Shown piece after piece: positions 61,929 through 64,000 of a stretch of 64,000 nucleotides of DNA. How positions within the stretch are numbered: position 1 is the stretch's first letter; the number at the start of each line of letters is the position of its first letter. Made by a program: the position numbers and the translations under genes. Where the stretch lies: positions 1,331,386 to 1,395,385 of the forward strand of contig CAJINV010000016.1 in assembly GCA_905178155.1 (NCBI GenBank), written 5' to 3'. Source of the stretch: Amoebophrya sp. A120 (Eukaryota; Protista; Dinoflagellata). The notes under the pieces were generated by a model that ran no database searches, had not been told where the DNA came from, and saw only the letters and a list, made by a program, of their open reading frames with translations.

Positions 61929-63149
61929 TTTGAGAACCGATTCTGATTCGAGAAATTCAAATTACATCACCATGAGAGCTACCAAAGTACAAGATTCATT
62001 TTTTCCATCTCTTCAAAATCAATAAACAGGTTCGTTGGAGGAGGAAGGAGCAATTTGGGTAATTATTGTGAGGGTTTCGGAATGCGAATGTGGTGCTCAC
62101 AGATGAGTTCCTGCATGTGCATCAATTTGGTTATTCTGTTCGAGTTCGGCTCGGGGGAGAGGTTCTCGTCACATAGAAAGCATAATAAGTGCTACCGATT
62201 TTTTTCACCAAGACGCACGAAGATGGGCGCGACCGCATTTGTTGTGCAACGAAAAAATAATGAGACGGTTGTACGAAGACGGATAGTTGAATGCACTTGT
62301 GATGAAAACAGAATGGAGCTGAAGTGTAAGCGACTTGTACGAAACGGCTTTGAACGACAACCACGATGAAAACGTAAGCGGCACGGCTGAAGTGGCCACG
62401 ATTAGATAACCGAAAGACACGACCTCCACAGAGACCGACGCATGCTCATGCAGAAGTCCGGACAATCATCCACCGAAGTGCCATCGACATGCTGAGTCAG
62501 CTGTCTGCGCGACCGATTCCGATGCTAGGCTGTGACATCAAAGCAATCGTTTCATTCTTTGACGAACCTGATGACACGAGACCAAAGAGGAGCAGGACTG
62601 ACACGACACGCGTGGTCGTACAGGAGTGCTAAAGATACTGATATTCATCTCGACAAAGAAAGTTCGCGCATATCTTTTCGTAGAGAGACGATCTGTACTA
62701 GTTATTTTTGTTCGTCCTTCTCGTGAAAAGCGAAAGCGGCACTGCATGTAACAAATGCTTCTATCACGCTGTGGAGGCTGCCATGGGTCACACAAAAGTG
62801 GATCGGCAAGATGATATGTGTTGAAATAATTGTGGCTCTGATTCACGAAAAGGCGTAGCTGTACTCATGCAAAAGTGGTGGCGAATCTTGTATGGTGGTA
62901 GGTAAGGAGGGGATCTCAACCAGCGAAACATTTATTCTGTTAGTTCAATTCTACAAAAAATCGATTTTGAAAAAAAGTCTTCTATCTCTTGATGAAGGCA
63001 TCGCTATCAACATTCTTCGAAACTGAAATTCCTCGTGTAAGCCTGTGCGAAAACTTACTTAATGCGTCGATGTTGTTTTGGTGCAAGAGCTGCAGCGTTC
63101 TTTCTCCTCTTGTGGTTTTCTTTGCCGTGTTCTTCGATTGCAACCGCCA

Positions 63150-63891
63150 TTACCCCGCCTGCGCGGTCGAGCTCGAAATCTCCGACAAATTCGATCCTTG
63201 TTTCCGGAAGGATTTCTGCCTGACACTCGTCAACCAAAATCCAAAGGACCAGGTCGCGACGTAATCCTCCCCCGCGACCTTCCAGTTCCTCTTGCACACG
63301 ATGAACGCCGACTCGTGTAACACCTCCGAGACAAACGTGTGCACGAGTTGCAGATTCGAGATGTTCCGGAGCTCCTTTTCGGAGAGCGAGTTCGGATTCA
63401 AATTTGAGGTTGCTGGTTTCTTCAAAGTATTATCGGTTTGCTGTTGAACAACCGCAGTTAGTGGCGATTTCATCACGCTTGTAGTTTTATTCCCGACAGA
63501 AGTCCGCAACACCTCGAGCTCCAGCTGTTGGCTCAAGCGGGAGAGAAATTCCGCTTTCGGTAAAATCTTGTTGTCGCACTTACACGCCGCCGCCGCGTGG
63601 TAGATCGCGGAAATGCCGACGAACAAGCCCCGGACGTCTTTTGGGAGTTTGCTGTCTTCAATCGCTTGCTTGATGATTTTCGCCCAATCGTGGAGCATCT
63701 CGGTGGTTATGAACTGCAAATAAAGTATCGCATTCGTATAATAAATGCAATTTCCTTAGCATGAGAAATAAAATTTGTAATGCTGATTCACCTTGTAATG
63801 CAAGACTTGGTTATTTTATACGAGTGCGATACTTTTGCAATGCATAGTGGTGACGGTGGAGCAGTGCTTGTCCCAGACAGGATTGCAGAGA
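63150..63891 (-). CDS. 3' part of a hypothetical protein gene extending beyond the window
   Basis: ORF 63150-63719 joins an upstream exon (WDKHCSTVT|TEMLHDW) across introner 63708-63846; probable AG acceptor near 63892. Confidence 0.55.
63708..63846. mobile_element. TIR introner, family B, TSD gtggt
   Basis: Perfect TSD; interior similar to 13026-13174. Confidence 0.92.
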
Positions 63892-64000
63892 CCTGAAATT
63901 TTCATTTGTTTTTGAAACTCCGGAAGACCACATAAGACACTCCAAAGCGACAGACCATGGACAGAACAACTTCTACATGCTAAGAGCATCAAATGTAGTA

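Noticed and set aside
842-63719. Recurrent peptides [27 protein letters not shown] and QKYRTR in many ORFs as a protein repeat family
   Set aside because: They are read-through translations of family A and B TIRs.

Overview
Eukaryotic, alveolate-like DNA. Every recognisable gene lies on the minus strand. The architecture (unidirectional genes riddled with non-canonical inverted-repeat/direct-repeat introns) resembles the syndinian parasite Amoebophrya; this is an inference, not proven from the sequence. Seven genes were reconstructed by hand: a Pro-rich/PEBP-like protein, a PD-(D/E)XK nuclease, a flavin amine oxidase with a long low-complexity N-terminus, NAA15, a ~3,314-aa pentafunctional purine-synthesis protein (PurL-PurN-PurF-PurD-PurM, steps 1-5 of IMP synthesis in one spliced ORF), a ~3,612-aa two-TM protein and a small TM protein. 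A partial gene sits at the right edge. About 35 TIR elements from ~10 families mostly end in TAT...ATA and are flanked by 5-bp direct repeats. Removing each element plus one repeat copy restores the reading frame in every exonic case I checked, without GT-AG ends and in either orientation. Four are 1-3.9 kb composites. The most striking candidates are (i) the purine polyprotein, whose internal PurF needs a free N-terminal Cys and so may self-cleave, and (ii) the TIR/TSD-defined intron system and its apparent conversion into GT-AG introns.
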